DNA of 64,000 nucleotides, taken from assembly GCA_964446685.1 (NCBI GenBank), contig CAYUPO010000007.1, positions 233 through 64,232 on the forward strand. Direction: 5' to 3'. The position numbers and the translations under genes were made by a program. The stretch is from an uncultured Gammaproteobacteria bacterium (GTDB taxonomy: Bacteria; Patescibacteriota; Microgenomatia; Daviesbacterales; UBA10151). Under the pieces are notes generated by a model, which worked only from the letters and a program-made list of their open reading frames with translations, searched no databases and was not told the DNA's origin. Below are positions 30,124-39,950 of this stretch, piece after piece (within the stretch, counting starts at the first letter, position 1; the number at the start of each line of letters is the position of its first letter).

Positions 30124-33100
30124 TTTACTTTATATATAACCACTTCATCATTTTCGAAAAGCTTTTCTATTCCGACTTTACCTTCATCAAGTAAACCGGT
30201 TGTTTTTTTAGGAAGATAAATATAGCTGATATTATTGTCACTTAACAGTTGATGTGAATTGATTGTTCCTTTAAGTATTTCTCTGGTTGTATTAACTCTG
30301 GCTTTATAATCAATCCCTAAAATATCCAAATTAATTGAGTCAGCTAAGAATGATGGTTTGCCTGAAAAAGCACTGACATATGATGTAGAAGCATATGCAA
30401 ATAATGGTTTCGGTGCAACATATTTTTTAGTCAGCTTTTCCTCAAACACTGGCGACAAAACAATTCCGTCAGGAGCACTGGCTAACTGTTTTAAGGCAAC
30501 TGCTTCCTGGGTGGACAATTTAGCTGGCGGTCTTTTAGGCAGATACTGACTAAGCGTATTTAGACTAGTAGGAATTGTTAAAATAACTACTATGGCAAGT
30601 GTACTCCAGGTCAACAGTTTTGGAATTCTAGTTACAGATCCAATCACCAGTCCGGCAAAAACAGCCTGAATCATCAAAGTATAGTAAAAGAACTGAACTA
30701 TATTCCATCCTGTCCCTTCCTGCAAAAACAGTAAAGCCAAAATCAGACCTAATCCACTAAGAAGCGAAAGCAATCCAAACCGCAGAAAAATTTTAGGATT
30801 TAAAAAAGCAATTGCCCGAAAACCCAGATTACCAATTATAAACAAAACAATTCCTATACCATATGCTGCGATAACTTTATACCAGACACCTGACTGCATC
30901 GTCATCAGTAATCTCACCCACCCCAATCTATCTTCTGATTCAACCATTGTCCTGACCAGCCATAATGGAGAAAATGTTATCAGCTGATTACTACCTGCGT
31001 TATTAGGCAGAAAAACCAGTAAAGAAAGCGCCAAAGTTAATCCGGCAACAACCACAAACAAAAACTGTTTTTGGAATATTTTAAAAACTGTGATTATTCC
31101 TAAAGATCCAAGCATTAAGATCCCGGCATAAGCCTTAAATTCAATCAAAACTCCCCACACCAAAACAATTAACAGCCCTTTTTCTAAAACCTCCTTTTTC
31201 TTACTAAAATCAGTGGAATAATAAAGATATATTCCGGCAAACAAAAGCACTAGTGAAATGGCAAACGGCGGATTAAGCAAAGTTGAAACAGATTGTTGAG
31301 CCCAAAAAGTTGTTTCACCACCAAAACTACGATCCTTAAAAAACGATACTATCCAGCCAAAACTACCTCCAAAATAAACAAAAAACAAAGCCACCAACCC
31401 CGCGAGTTTTGCTCTGGCATCAGAAAAAGCCATCTTTTGTCCTAATAACAGCGTTAGATGATATACCAAAAGTCCCAGTGAGATACTAATTAGAAGCGGA
31501 AAGAATCTAAACAAGACATTCTGTGGATCAATACTAAACATTAAAACAGCTTTGGCAGCCAAAAGATCAAAGAAATAATGGTAATTCTCCAGAGGTTGAC
31601 CTGAAAAAACAAAATTTTGAGGAGGCACACTTTTTGTTAAGGCATTGATCAGCTGCAGATGCCAGATAGCGTCATGACCATTTGGACCCCAATAACCAAA
31701 GCCGTAATTAAATAACAAACCATTTTTAAGCTGAGTCAACATCCAGCTTAAGGAACCAACAACAATCAAACCCCAGACAATCAGTGAGTTTTTTTCAATG
31801 TATATTTTTGGTAATTCATTTTTCCACCAAAAACCGGCAGCTACAGCAACAAGTGGAACAAGCCAAAGTAGAAAACCTAACTCAATTACAGACAATAAAA
31901 ATGCCAGTAAAGTAAAAACAGCTATGCCAACAGGTAACGCTAATAACAATCTTTTAGACAAAACAAATCCGGGTATAATCAAAAATAAAATCACAAATAC
32001 TAAAAATTTAAATCCATCCAGCAGCAGCCCTGGTAAGATTTGTGACCACTCAACTTTGGATATGAAATCTTTTTCATCCTGATTAACAATTGTATTGGTA
32101 TTTTGAGAGCTCTCTACAGCATTTAAAATGGCTGTGGAAATTGTTTTAATATCATCATCTACTTTTATGTCATTAGCTAAAAAAGAAATCTTTCTAATCA
32201 GACCGGCACCATTCTTATACTGAATATTCAATGCTTCATTTGTTTGGCTAACCTGATAATCAGTTACTTTCCCTTCATCCAACACCCATCTTGTACCAAA
32301 ATTCACTTCATCAATCGCCTGATTGGCACTAAAACCAAGCTTTAAGGCCTCGCAGGCAGCTTTCAGACATGCTTCCTCTACTCCGTCATTAAATTGCCGC
32401 AAGTCCCTGACTATAACTCCTTCATTGTTTACAAACAGTCCCACCCGGTATTTTTCTGTTTGGTACCAAACCACTTTTCCATCACTTCCCAAAGGATCAT
32501 CCGATGAAATTAATACTTTGGGAGATAATTTAGGATTAGCTAATTTATATGCCTGAGCGAAGTGCTGCATTGTTACGACCCGGACATTTTGTGTCTGTAG
32601 ATTTGCCACGTGTTCTACCTGTTTGCTGTATTCAGCACCAAATTTATTCCAGTCAAAATCATTTTCCAGTCCTACAACCACCTGAGGATACGGCAAAATC
32701 AGTTTCTTAAAATAATCAATTCCCAAATCATGCAGCAGATAGTCATTAGACTGTACAGAATAAGTGCTTTCAAAAACGCTGTTACCATATCCATTAAACG
32801 GGTCACGTCCCGCCCATTGGATTGTAGTAATTCCAATTTTTTCTCCTTCTGAAGATGCTGGCATTAATGCGTTTCTTTTGCTTGGATAAAATGGTGAAGA
32901 CCAGTATTGTCCCCAGACTTGGTAACCATCAGTTGAAAATTGGTCCGAAACATCCATATTTACTTCGACCTGGTACTTATCATGCAGATACTGCAAAGAA
33001 TTAGCATCAATCCACCAGGCACCTACAGACTTGGGGTTATTACCAAAAACCTCTTTATATCTTCCCATCACGGTATCAATTAACTTAATTCTGTCATCTG

Positions 33101-33485
33101 GTGAATAACCGGTCACCAAAACTGATTTAGCAAAATGCCAGTTGGCACTTTGGTTGTACTGCACTCCGGCATCTGTTGTCAGAGTTGGAGTAACTTCCAA
33201 AAAAATACCTGTTTCCTGTTTTGAGTTAAGAGTTTTTAGAAATGAAACAACTTCCGGATTCTTTAATGCATCATATCTGACAAGCCAGGTCGCCTCTAAA
33301 TTATTTTTATTTATCACTTCCGATTGTTTCTTAGGAGTATCCAAAATCCCATACGGATACTCCCAAAAATCCTGTCCCCGGATTGGATTCACAATTGTAA
33401 TCTGTTTTTGTTCCTGGGCAAAAACAGCTGGAACAAAACAATTTATCCCAACAAACAAGGCTAAAATAAGTAAAAATTTATGCAT
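30120..33485 (-). CDS. Large fusion: exported deacetylase/glycoside-hydrolase-like domain plus polytopic GT-C-like domain
   Basis: Signal peptide (VPAVFAQE); about 470-aa soluble region (ATWLVRYDAL, GIFLEVTP, PKSVGAWWID); then about 13-15 TM helices with GPNGHDAIWHL...ENYHYFFD. Confidence 0.6.
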   Translation of the reverse strand: MHKFLLILALFVGINCFVPAVFAQEQKQITIVNPIRGQDFWEYPYGILDTPKKQSEVINKNNLEATWLVRYDALKNPEVVSFLKTLNSKQETGIFLEVTPTLTTDAGVQYNQSANWHFAKSVLVTGYSPDDRIKLIDTVMGRYKEVFGNNPKSVGAWWIDANSLQYLHDKYQVEVNMDVSDQFSTDGYQVWGQYWSSPFYPSKRNALMPASSEGEKIGITTIQWAGRDPFNGYGNSVFESTYSVQSNDYLLHDLGIDYFKKLILPYPQVVVGLENDFDWNKFGAEYSKQVEHVANLQTQNVRVVTMQHFAQAYKLANPKLSPKVLISSDDPLGSDGKVVWYQTEKYRVGLFVNNEGVIVRDLRQFNDGVEEACLKAACEALKLGFSANQAIDEVNFGTRWVLDEGKVTDYQVSQTNEALNIQYKNGAGLIRKISFLANDIKVDDDIKTISTAILNAVESSQNTNTIVNQDEKDFISKVEWSQILPGLLLDGFKFLVFVILFLIIPGFVLSKRLLLALPVGIAVFTLLAFLLSVIELGFLLWLVPLVAVAAGFWWKNELPKIYIEKNSLIVWGLIVVGSLSWMLTQLKNGLLFNYGFGYWGPNGHDAIWHLQLINALTKSVPPQNFVFSGQPLENYHYFFDLLAAKAVLMFSIDPQNVLFRFFPLLISISLGLLVYHLTLLLGQKMAFSDARAKLAGLVALFFVYFGGSFGWIVSFFKDRSFGGETTFWAQQSVSTLLNPPFAISLVLLFAGIYLYYSTDFSKKKEVLEKGLLIVLVWGVLIEFKAYAGILMLGSLGIITVFKIFQKQFLFVVVAGLTLALSLLVFLPNNAGSNQLITFSPLWLVRTMVESEDRLGWVRLLMTMQSGVWYKVIAAYGIGIVLFIIGNLGFRAIAFLNPKIFLRFGLLSLLSGLGLILALLFLQEGTGWNIVQFFYYTLMIQAVFAGLVIGSVTRIPKLLTWSTLAIVVILTIPTSLNTLSQYLPKRPPAKLSTQEAVALKQLASAPDGIVLSPVFEEKLTKKYVAPKPLFAYASTSYVSAFSGKPSFLADSINLDILGIDYKARVNTTREILKGTINSHQLLSDNNISYIYLPKKTTGLLDEGKVGIEKLFENDEVVIYKVK

Positions 33486-34932
33486 TTCTCATTGATTTAA
33501 GATTTAATAATACTTTTTCTCTGGCCAACAAAAACATAAATAATATATAAACTAATCCACCTATAGCCACCGTAACAAGTAGTGATACAAAATCAACCAC
33601 CAGACTCTGGGCAACAAAAAAAGTAACAATAGCCATCACAAAAGACGCCAAAACGGTCTGCCAGATATTTTCCCAAACGGCAATATTAATAGTCCTTTTA
33701 ATGATCATAATTGGAATAATAGATGTAAATGCAATTAATGCTGAAGCATAGCCAACACCAATAAATCCATAATAATAAGTTAGTACCGGCGTTATCACCC
33801 ATTCCAAAGTAGTCCACATAATCATTAATTTTAAGGTAATTCCAATTTTACCGATTGCATTCAAAAAATTGGTAAACGGTGTTGATAATGTGGCCCAAAA
33901 AGCCGTAATTGAGAATAAATAAACCATTGGCAAAGCTGGCTGCCATTTACTGGATACCACATGAGCAACCAGACTCGGTACTATCGCTATCAGTCCAAAA
34001 AGCATCGGATAAAGCATTAGACCGGTTAAAAAAACCGTTCTTTCCAGAGTTCTTTTTAAAGCCTCTTTATCATCCTGTAAGCGGGAAAAGGCCGGAAAAG
34101 AAATCCTGGTCATAATATTCATGACTTCAAGCGCCATAAAAGCCATTGATTGTCCCCAGGTAATGTAACCCACCCCCAATGTGCCAACCATTCTGGCAAT
34201 AACTAAAGGAACCAATCGGTCTTTTAATAATGCCAACAGAGAATTAGCCTGAAAAGGTAATCCGAAATTGATTAATGATCTGGCCGACTCTTTGGAAAAA
34301 CCCAGACTTATATTCCAGGGAGACACTAAATAAATAATGGCAACACCAATAATTCCTCTCGCTAAAACTCCCCAGGCAAAAGCTGAAACTCCTGCTCCGT
34401 TAAAGCTTAACCAAACTAAAATACTGTTAAAAACAGCAGTTTCAGCTATTTCAACCCAGACTAATTTGCCAAAGTTAAGTTCTCTTTCCAATAAAACAGA
34501 GGGAATGACTTTTAACGAAGATAAAAAAAACCCTGCAGCTAAAGCCCGAATCAACCACATTCCATGATTATCTAATTGATAAAACTGAGCCAGTTGGGGA
34601 GCAAAAATAATGAGTACTGTTGAAATAATTAGTGCTAAAATCTGTTGAATTGTAAAGGTGGTTTTTAAATCATTTTGATGAATTTCTTTTTTCTGTATTA
34701 AAGCTGCTGCCAGTCCGATATCCGAAAAATAAGTAAAAAAAGCTAAAATAGAATTTGCTACATTAAAAATCCCAATTGTCGAAACAGGTAAAATCCTAGC
34801 TAATACAATGTTAATCGTGACAAAATTAATTGCCAAAAGTGCTGCCTTACGAAAAGTTAATGTTAAAAACCCGGAAAAAAGTTTTTTATTCACATAGGCT
34901 AAAGAAGTTTTATTATTTTCCTGAGTCTCCAT
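33478..34932 (-). CDS. Wzx (PST family) polysaccharide flippase
   Basis: LARILP..IGIF, FSDIGLAAALIQ, LLERELNF, ISFPAFSRLQDD; about 12-14 TM helices. Confidence 0.85.
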   Translation of the reverse strand: METQENNKTSLAYVNKKLFSGFLTLTFRKAALLAINFVTINIVLARILPVSTIGIFNVANSILAFFTYFSDIGLAAALIQKKEIHQNDLKTTFTIQQILALIISTVLIIFAPQLAQFYQLDNHGMWLIRALAAGFFLSSLKVIPSVLLERELNFGKLVWVEIAETAVFNSILVWLSFNGAGVSAFAWGVLARGIIGVAIIYLVSPWNISLGFSKESARSLINFGLPFQANSLLALLKDRLVPLVIARMVGTLGVGYITWGQSMAFMALEVMNIMTRISFPAFSRLQDDKEALKRTLERTVFLTGLMLYPMLFGLIAIVPSLVAHVVSSKWQPALPMVYLFSITAFWATLSTPFTNFLNAIGKIGITLKLMIMWTTLEWVITPVLTYYYGFIGVGYASALIAFTSIIPIMIIKRTINIAVWENIWQTVLASFVMAIVTFFVAQSLVVDFVSLLVTVAIGGLVYILFMFLLAREKVLLNLKSMRNA

Positions 34933-34933
34933 A

Positions 34934-36640
34934 TTAATTAATGATCCTTTTTCTTAATTTAGGAAAGAAACTCATTCCCGCAACAATGGTCAAAGCCAAC
35001 AATGTCACCAAATTTGAAATTATTCTTACTGGCGTATTAAAAAGCTTTCCCGTAACGGAATATTCACCTGGCGGCAGATCTATTCTGAGTCTTCCCCAAT
35101 GATTTTCATCAGTGTGAGGATATTCTTTTCCGTCAACAAAAACTTTCCAGATTGGATATTCAATAATTGGAATCTCAACATTTGCAGTTTCTGCGACTTT
35201 AATCTTAAAACTAAAAGTATCTGATTCCACTTTGTAATCTTGTGTTTCAGCCTTGCCGCTCCTGATCTCTGGCGAATAAGGAGCTCTTCCCTGAGGTTCA
35301 TAATAGGCCGCTTTAGGCAAATAATCTAAAAGTCCCGCCTTTTGTTGAATCTCCCACAAAGGATCGGATAACTTTTGCTGATCATCAATCCAGGGGTAAA
35401 AATCTTTAGGAATAAAAAACTGGTAATTAAGGAAAAAAGTAAGCAGTGATAAGATACTAGCCATAATTAACTGCAGTTTTTTCGGTAGGGAAAATATAAA
35501 AAATCCACCAATTATACTGGAAGTAAAAATAGCGATCGACAAAAATCTCCAGGGAAATTGAGCAAACTGAATCGGTCTGACTGCTTCCCAGAAAAATGCC
35601 GACTTGTTATGCATTAAAATAAGCGACAAACCGAACAAAAAAATAAATCCAGCTGCCAGTACAGTTTCCGTTTTTTTGAGACTGGAAAACTTTTTCAACA
35701 TTAACCAAATTAATACTCCAACACCCGCTATCACCACCCACCAATGAGGCCAGCCGATCTGAAAAGAGATCGTATCCCCATTTCCAAAAACACTGGCACC
35801 ATAATCCCATTTCCTGTCAAAAAAAAGCTGTGGAACAGTCACAAAATGAGCTCTAAAGTCACTCCCCCCTTCCAACAATGTATCTGTTCGAACCAGATCT
35901 TTTTCCAGAAAAACCGGAAAGACAAAAAAAGCTGCCAGTCCAACTCCCAGTAATCCGGCCAACACCACACTATTTATTTTCTTAATACTTAATACTTGAT
36001 ACTTAATACTTAGTATTACTATCCATATTGCCAATATCGGAATAAAAAACATCGTCATGATGTTATGGCACATCAAAAATAACCCTAGTGAAATACTGGT
36101 ACCCAAAAAATTTCCCCAGGTTTTTTGTTTAATTAATCGCAGAAAATAATAAAAAACAAATGGAATAACAGCCAAGGCAAAACTTTCGGCAATCGCCCCT
36201 CTGACATAGCCATCCAAAGCTCTGTAAGGAGCAAACTGATACATCACACCAGCTGTAAAACCGGCCCAGTCTCCATACAGCTCTCTCACCAGCCAATACA
36301 TACCAAATCCACCGATTAAAAGCGGAATAAAAAATAACAATTTAGCAGCTCCGACAAACCCTAAAATATAACTGGCTATTCCTCCTATATAGTAAGGAAG
36401 TACGCTGTAATAATTAAACAGCGGATAACCATTTCCATACCCCATATCAGGAACCCATCTGCATGGTATCTGTCCGGTATCAAAACATTTTCTCATTTCA
36501 AATATCCGCATCACCTGTAAATCATCATGATGAAAGAAATAACCAGGCATCAAAGTTGGCCATAAGATAAATCCGGAAAGTACCAGTAAAATCAGTAAAT
36601 GCCAATAAACTAATGAAATATTTTTAAATTTACTTAGCAT
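34934..36640 (-). CDS. GT-C membrane protein (YfhO/'PTPS-related' type)
   Basis: HHDD, PCRWVPDMGYGNGYPLFNYY, APYR...YVRGAIAE, QFPWRFL; AGGAG upstream of ATG 36640. Confidence 0.75.
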   Translation of the reverse strand: MLSKFKNISLVYWHLLILLVLSGFILWPTLMPGYFFHHDDLQVMRIFEMRKCFDTGQIPCRWVPDMGYGNGYPLFNYYSVLPYYIGGIASYILGFVGAAKLLFFIPLLIGGFGMYWLVRELYGDWAGFTAGVMYQFAPYRALDGYVRGAIAESFALAVIPFVFYYFLRLIKQKTWGNFLGTSISLGLFLMCHNIMTMFFIPILAIWIVILSIKYQVLSIKKINSVVLAGLLGVGLAAFFVFPVFLEKDLVRTDTLLEGGSDFRAHFVTVPQLFFDRKWDYGASVFGNGDTISFQIGWPHWWVVIAGVGVLIWLMLKKFSSLKKTETVLAAGFIFLFGLSLILMHNKSAFFWEAVRPIQFAQFPWRFLSIAIFTSSIIGGFFIFSLPKKLQLIMASILSLLTFFLNYQFFIPKDFYPWIDDQQKLSDPLWEIQQKAGLLDYLPKAAYYEPQGRAPYSPEIRSGKAETQDYKVESDTFSFKIKVAETANVEIPIIEYPIWKVFVDGKEYPHTDENHWGRLRIDLPPGEYSVTGKLFNTPVRIISNLVTLLALTIVAGMSFFPKLRKRIIN

Positions 36641-38375
36641 CTTTTCTCCTTTTAAATTCATTCCATCCAAGTAAAGAAATAATAACCAACGCTACTAAAG
36701 TTGATATATTACCCACTGTCCTAACCGGAGTGTTATCCAGGTGAACATTAATCTGATAATTGCCAACGGGTAAATCAAAACTAATAAGTCCCAGGCAAAA
36801 CTCCTGTCCTCTGCAATCATCATGCCAGTGAGCAATTTTCATTTTTTCCGAAGTTTCAAGATTAGTCGCCGTTACCGCCATACCAGGAAAGTCAAACAAT
36901 GGCAGTCTAAAATTAGCATTTTCGGAAACTCTAATCTGACCATTTTGCCAGTCACTGCCTTTATACCAACTTAAAATTTCCGCTTTACCGTCCATAATTT
37001 CCGGTTTATCCGGAGCTTTTTGGATTGGTGGCAATTTGGCATAAATAGGCAAATAATCAAAAATACTGATTGTTAATTGCTTATCCCATGATTTACCGGA
37101 AAACTTTTGAGTATCATCGATCCTGACCCAATCATGCCCTTTGAAAAACGAACCATACAGTATTAACACTCCAGCAATGACAATAATTCCCAAAACATAT
37201 TCTGCATGAATTAATTTAAATAGTTTAAGTTTAATATCCTGTACAAAAAATACAGCAACTCCTGAAAGCAGCGATAACATAAAAACACTGTCAGACAAAA
37301 ACCTCCAGGGAAACTGCAGATATGCCAGAAAAGGCAATTGAGCCCAAATAAAGGAGGATTTCTGATGAATCATGAAAAGGACAAAAATAGTGACAGTAAA
37401 TAACACCAAAGTCACTATCGCAATCTTAGTATGTTTTCTAAACTGAACCAATGCTAAAAATGCCGCAACAAGTGCCATAATAAAATGAATTTGTCCGGTT
37501 GATAAAGACATGCCATCCCATGGTCCCCAGACACTTGATCCATATCCCCAATAATTGGAAACAAATAACTGATTTAAATCAGCAAAATGCATCCGGTAGT
37601 CAAAGTACCCACCGATTATTGTTTCTAGATGTACAAATGGTCTTTCTACAATGACGGGAAAGATAAAAAACCCGGCCAGTAAAATACCCAATACTCCATA
37701 CCCAAACAGCCATCCAAGTAATTTCAACCTTTTTTCTAAAATAAGCCACATCAGCCCCCAGATTCCGGCCAGTGGCAAAAAAATCAAAGGCATTAAGTTG
37801 TGAGTCATAATTAGTCCACCGACAGATAAAGCTAAAAATAAACCATATTTCTTCTGTCTGGTTTTAATAAACTGATAGATTGACCAAAAAATAAATGGAT
37901 AAAAACTCATCGCCCAGTATTCACTCATTGCTCCTCTGACATAGACATTTGCCGCCTTATAGGGAGCGTAAGTGTATAAGACAGCGGCTACCACTGCCGG
38001 CCACTTACCTAGCCAGGTTTTAATAAAAAGATACATTCCAAAAGCTCCGACTACAAAACCCAAACCAAACATTATTTTTGTCACATCAATAAACTGAAAT
38101 CCTAATAAATGAAAAATTTGTCCCAAATAATAAGGACTTGGCGGATAAAAATTAAATTGAGGGTAGCCATACTGATATCCCATATCGGGAATCCATCTGC
38201 AGGGAATCTGAAAATCCTGAAAACATTTATTCATCTCAAGCATCCTAAATGCCTGAATATCATCATGCATCGAATAAAGTCCACTCTGAAATAAATTAAT
38301 AAATGAAGGAACAATCAAAATGCAAAGCAGAACAAAAAAAATATGCGATTTGAGTAGTTTTAAGACATTATTAAT
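36630..38375 (-). CDS. GT-C membrane protein (YfhO/'PTPS-related' type); start uncertain
   Basis: MHDD, PCRWIPDMGYQYGYPQFNFY, YVRGAMSE, QFPWRFL. The frame stays open upstream of TTG 38318 through a hydrophobic helix; candidate ATT start at 38375. Confidence 0.72.
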   Translation of the reverse strand: MNNVLKLLKSHIFFVLLCILIVPSFINLFQSGLYSMHDDIQAFRMLEMNKCFQDFQIPCRWIPDMGYQYGYPQFNFYPPSPYYLGQIFHLLGFQFIDVTKIMFGLGFVVGAFGMYLFIKTWLGKWPAVVAAVLYTYAPYKAANVYVRGAMSEYWAMSFYPFIFWSIYQFIKTRQKKYGLFLALSVGGLIMTHNLMPLIFLPLAGIWGLMWLILEKRLKLLGWLFGYGVLGILLAGFFIFPVIVERPFVHLETIIGGYFDYRMHFADLNQLFVSNYWGYGSSVWGPWDGMSLSTGQIHFIMALVAAFLALVQFRKHTKIAIVTLVLFTVTIFVLFMIHQKSSFIWAQLPFLAYLQFPWRFLSDSVFMLSLLSGVAVFFVQDIKLKLFKLIHAEYVLGIIVIAGVLILYGSFFKGHDWVRIDDTQKFSGKSWDKQLTISIFDYLPIYAKLPPIQKAPDKPEIMDGKAEILSWYKGSDWQNGQIRVSENANFRLPLFDFPGMAVTATNLETSEKMKIAHWHDDCRGQEFCLGLISFDLPVGNYQINVHLDNTPVRTVGNISTLVALVIISLLGWNEFKRRKDAK

Positions 38376-39909
38376 AAGCTGGTTCCTCCCAATAATTAAC
38401 TTTAAATAAGACAGTTGATTCCTGTTTACCTGTTACTGAACGAATTTTTGGAAATTCTTTAACTAGCTCCAAATGTTTGCCAAACTTGTCTTCGCCAGAC
38501 CTATTGGCAACAAAATAAGTTGGATGTTCTTTAGCCGTCTGAACATAGCTGGCTGAAATACTTGACCCTCCCCCAACTACAGCAATTGCGCTAACTTTAT
38601 CAACATAAATCTGCAATCCATCAGGTAATGTACCAAAACTACCTTCAGTTGTAACTACAATATCTTCTTTCTTACTTTCTTCTATCAGATAATCTGCGAT
38701 CTCTTTCAATCCATACCCAGCAGTCCATTCTTCGAGATAACCATTCCTCTCAGCTCTGGGTAAAGGAGCTTTTTCCAAATTTGTATGCAGCAGAAATATA
38801 TAATAAGCTGGCCAGACAACTAACAATAACACAACGACAGATACTACCGTCTTTGCTGAAAATATTTTCGACAGTCTTGTCACCAAATTATCAATTCCAA
38901 ATGAGGCGATCACAATTAAATAAGTTACCGGAAACAAAATATAGCGGGCAGTAAATGTTTTAAGAAGCGCCATTTCAATTCCGAGTGGAATCAGACTGAA
39001 AAGAAGTAGCGCAGCCAGATAAATATGCTTAGATCTGAAGGTTTGCAATACACCCCAGGCTAGTCCGATCAAAACACCCCAACCTAAAAGTGGCGGAAAC
39101 CATTCTTTCAGATCATTAAAATGCGGAATAAACGGATCCCATGGTCTAACAAGCAACATCATCGGAGATAAAACATAATCCTGATTTCTGGAATTTAAGT
39201 TTGAAAAACCAGGTCCTAAACGCAAAATATTATAGATCCCAACACAAATCACGATTGCAACAATCCACAACATAAATAACTGAATAATTCGTTTCTCACG
39301 ACCAATTTTCTTGAAATTAAACACCAAAACAGACAGTGGCATTGTCACAACTGTAAAAAAAGCCGGTGTTTTAGTTAAAAGTGCCCCTCCCATTAAATAT
39401 CCTAAAAGCATTGCTAAATCTATCCGCGGAAATCGAATCAAAAGTAAAGCTACAGCAACTGACCAAATCGAAAAAGCTGCCAACATCGAATCAACCAATG
39501 CCATCCGGTCAAAAAATACAAAATAAGGAGTAATAGCTACCAAAAATGCTGTCCAGAGTCCCACTCTTTTATTTACAAAATAAGTTCCGATAAAAGTCAG
39601 ACCCAATAGAGAACCAAAACCAGAAAAAACCGACAATATTCTGCCTGCAAACAATGGATCTTCAAAAACCTTAAACAAAGGCATCATCGCCCACATAAAA
39701 AGCGGTGTTTTTCCATCACTAAGTGGCAAAAAACGCAGTGTTGGTTCAGCTTTCATGACCTGGGCCCACCTGATATAAATTGCTTCATCAGCAAAAATCG
39801 GTTGGTATGTCAAATTTGGCAGTCTGACTGCAAAATAAATTACAGTAATAAAAAACATCCCTATCAGATACCATTTATTATTTTTAAAAAACTTTCCTAT
39901 ATAATCCAT
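38371..39909 (-). CDS. GT-C membrane glycosyltransferase, ArnT/PMT-like
   Basis: PIFADEAIYIRWAQ, DGKTPLFMW, FDRMALVDS. Confidence 0.82.
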   Translation of the reverse strand: MDYIGKFFKNNKWYLIGMFFITVIYFAVRLPNLTYQPIFADEAIYIRWAQVMKAEPTLRFLPLSDGKTPLFMWAMMPLFKVFEDPLFAGRILSVFSGFGSLLGLTFIGTYFVNKRVGLWTAFLVAITPYFVFFDRMALVDSMLAAFSIWSVAVALLLIRFPRIDLAMLLGYLMGGALLTKTPAFFTVVTMPLSVLVFNFKKIGREKRIIQLFMLWIVAIVICVGIYNILRLGPGFSNLNSRNQDYVLSPMMLLVRPWDPFIPHFNDLKEWFPPLLGWGVLIGLAWGVLQTFRSKHIYLAALLLFSLIPLGIEMALLKTFTARYILFPVTYLIVIASFGIDNLVTRLSKIFSAKTVVSVVVLLLVVWPAYYIFLLHTNLEKAPLPRAERNGYLEEWTAGYGLKEIADYLIEESKKEDIVVTTEGSFGTLPDGLQIYVDKVSAIAVVGGGSSISASYVQTAKEHPTYFVANRSGEDKFGKHLELVKEFPKIRSVTGKQESTVLFKVNYWEEPAY

Positions 39910-39922
39910 TTTATTAACCCCA

Positions 39923-39950
39923 ACTTATCACTTATCACTTATCACTTATC
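39923..39950. repeat. Perfect heptamer tandem repeat (acttatc) x4 overlapping a stop codon
   Basis: acttatcacttatcacttatcacttatc. Confidence 0.9.
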
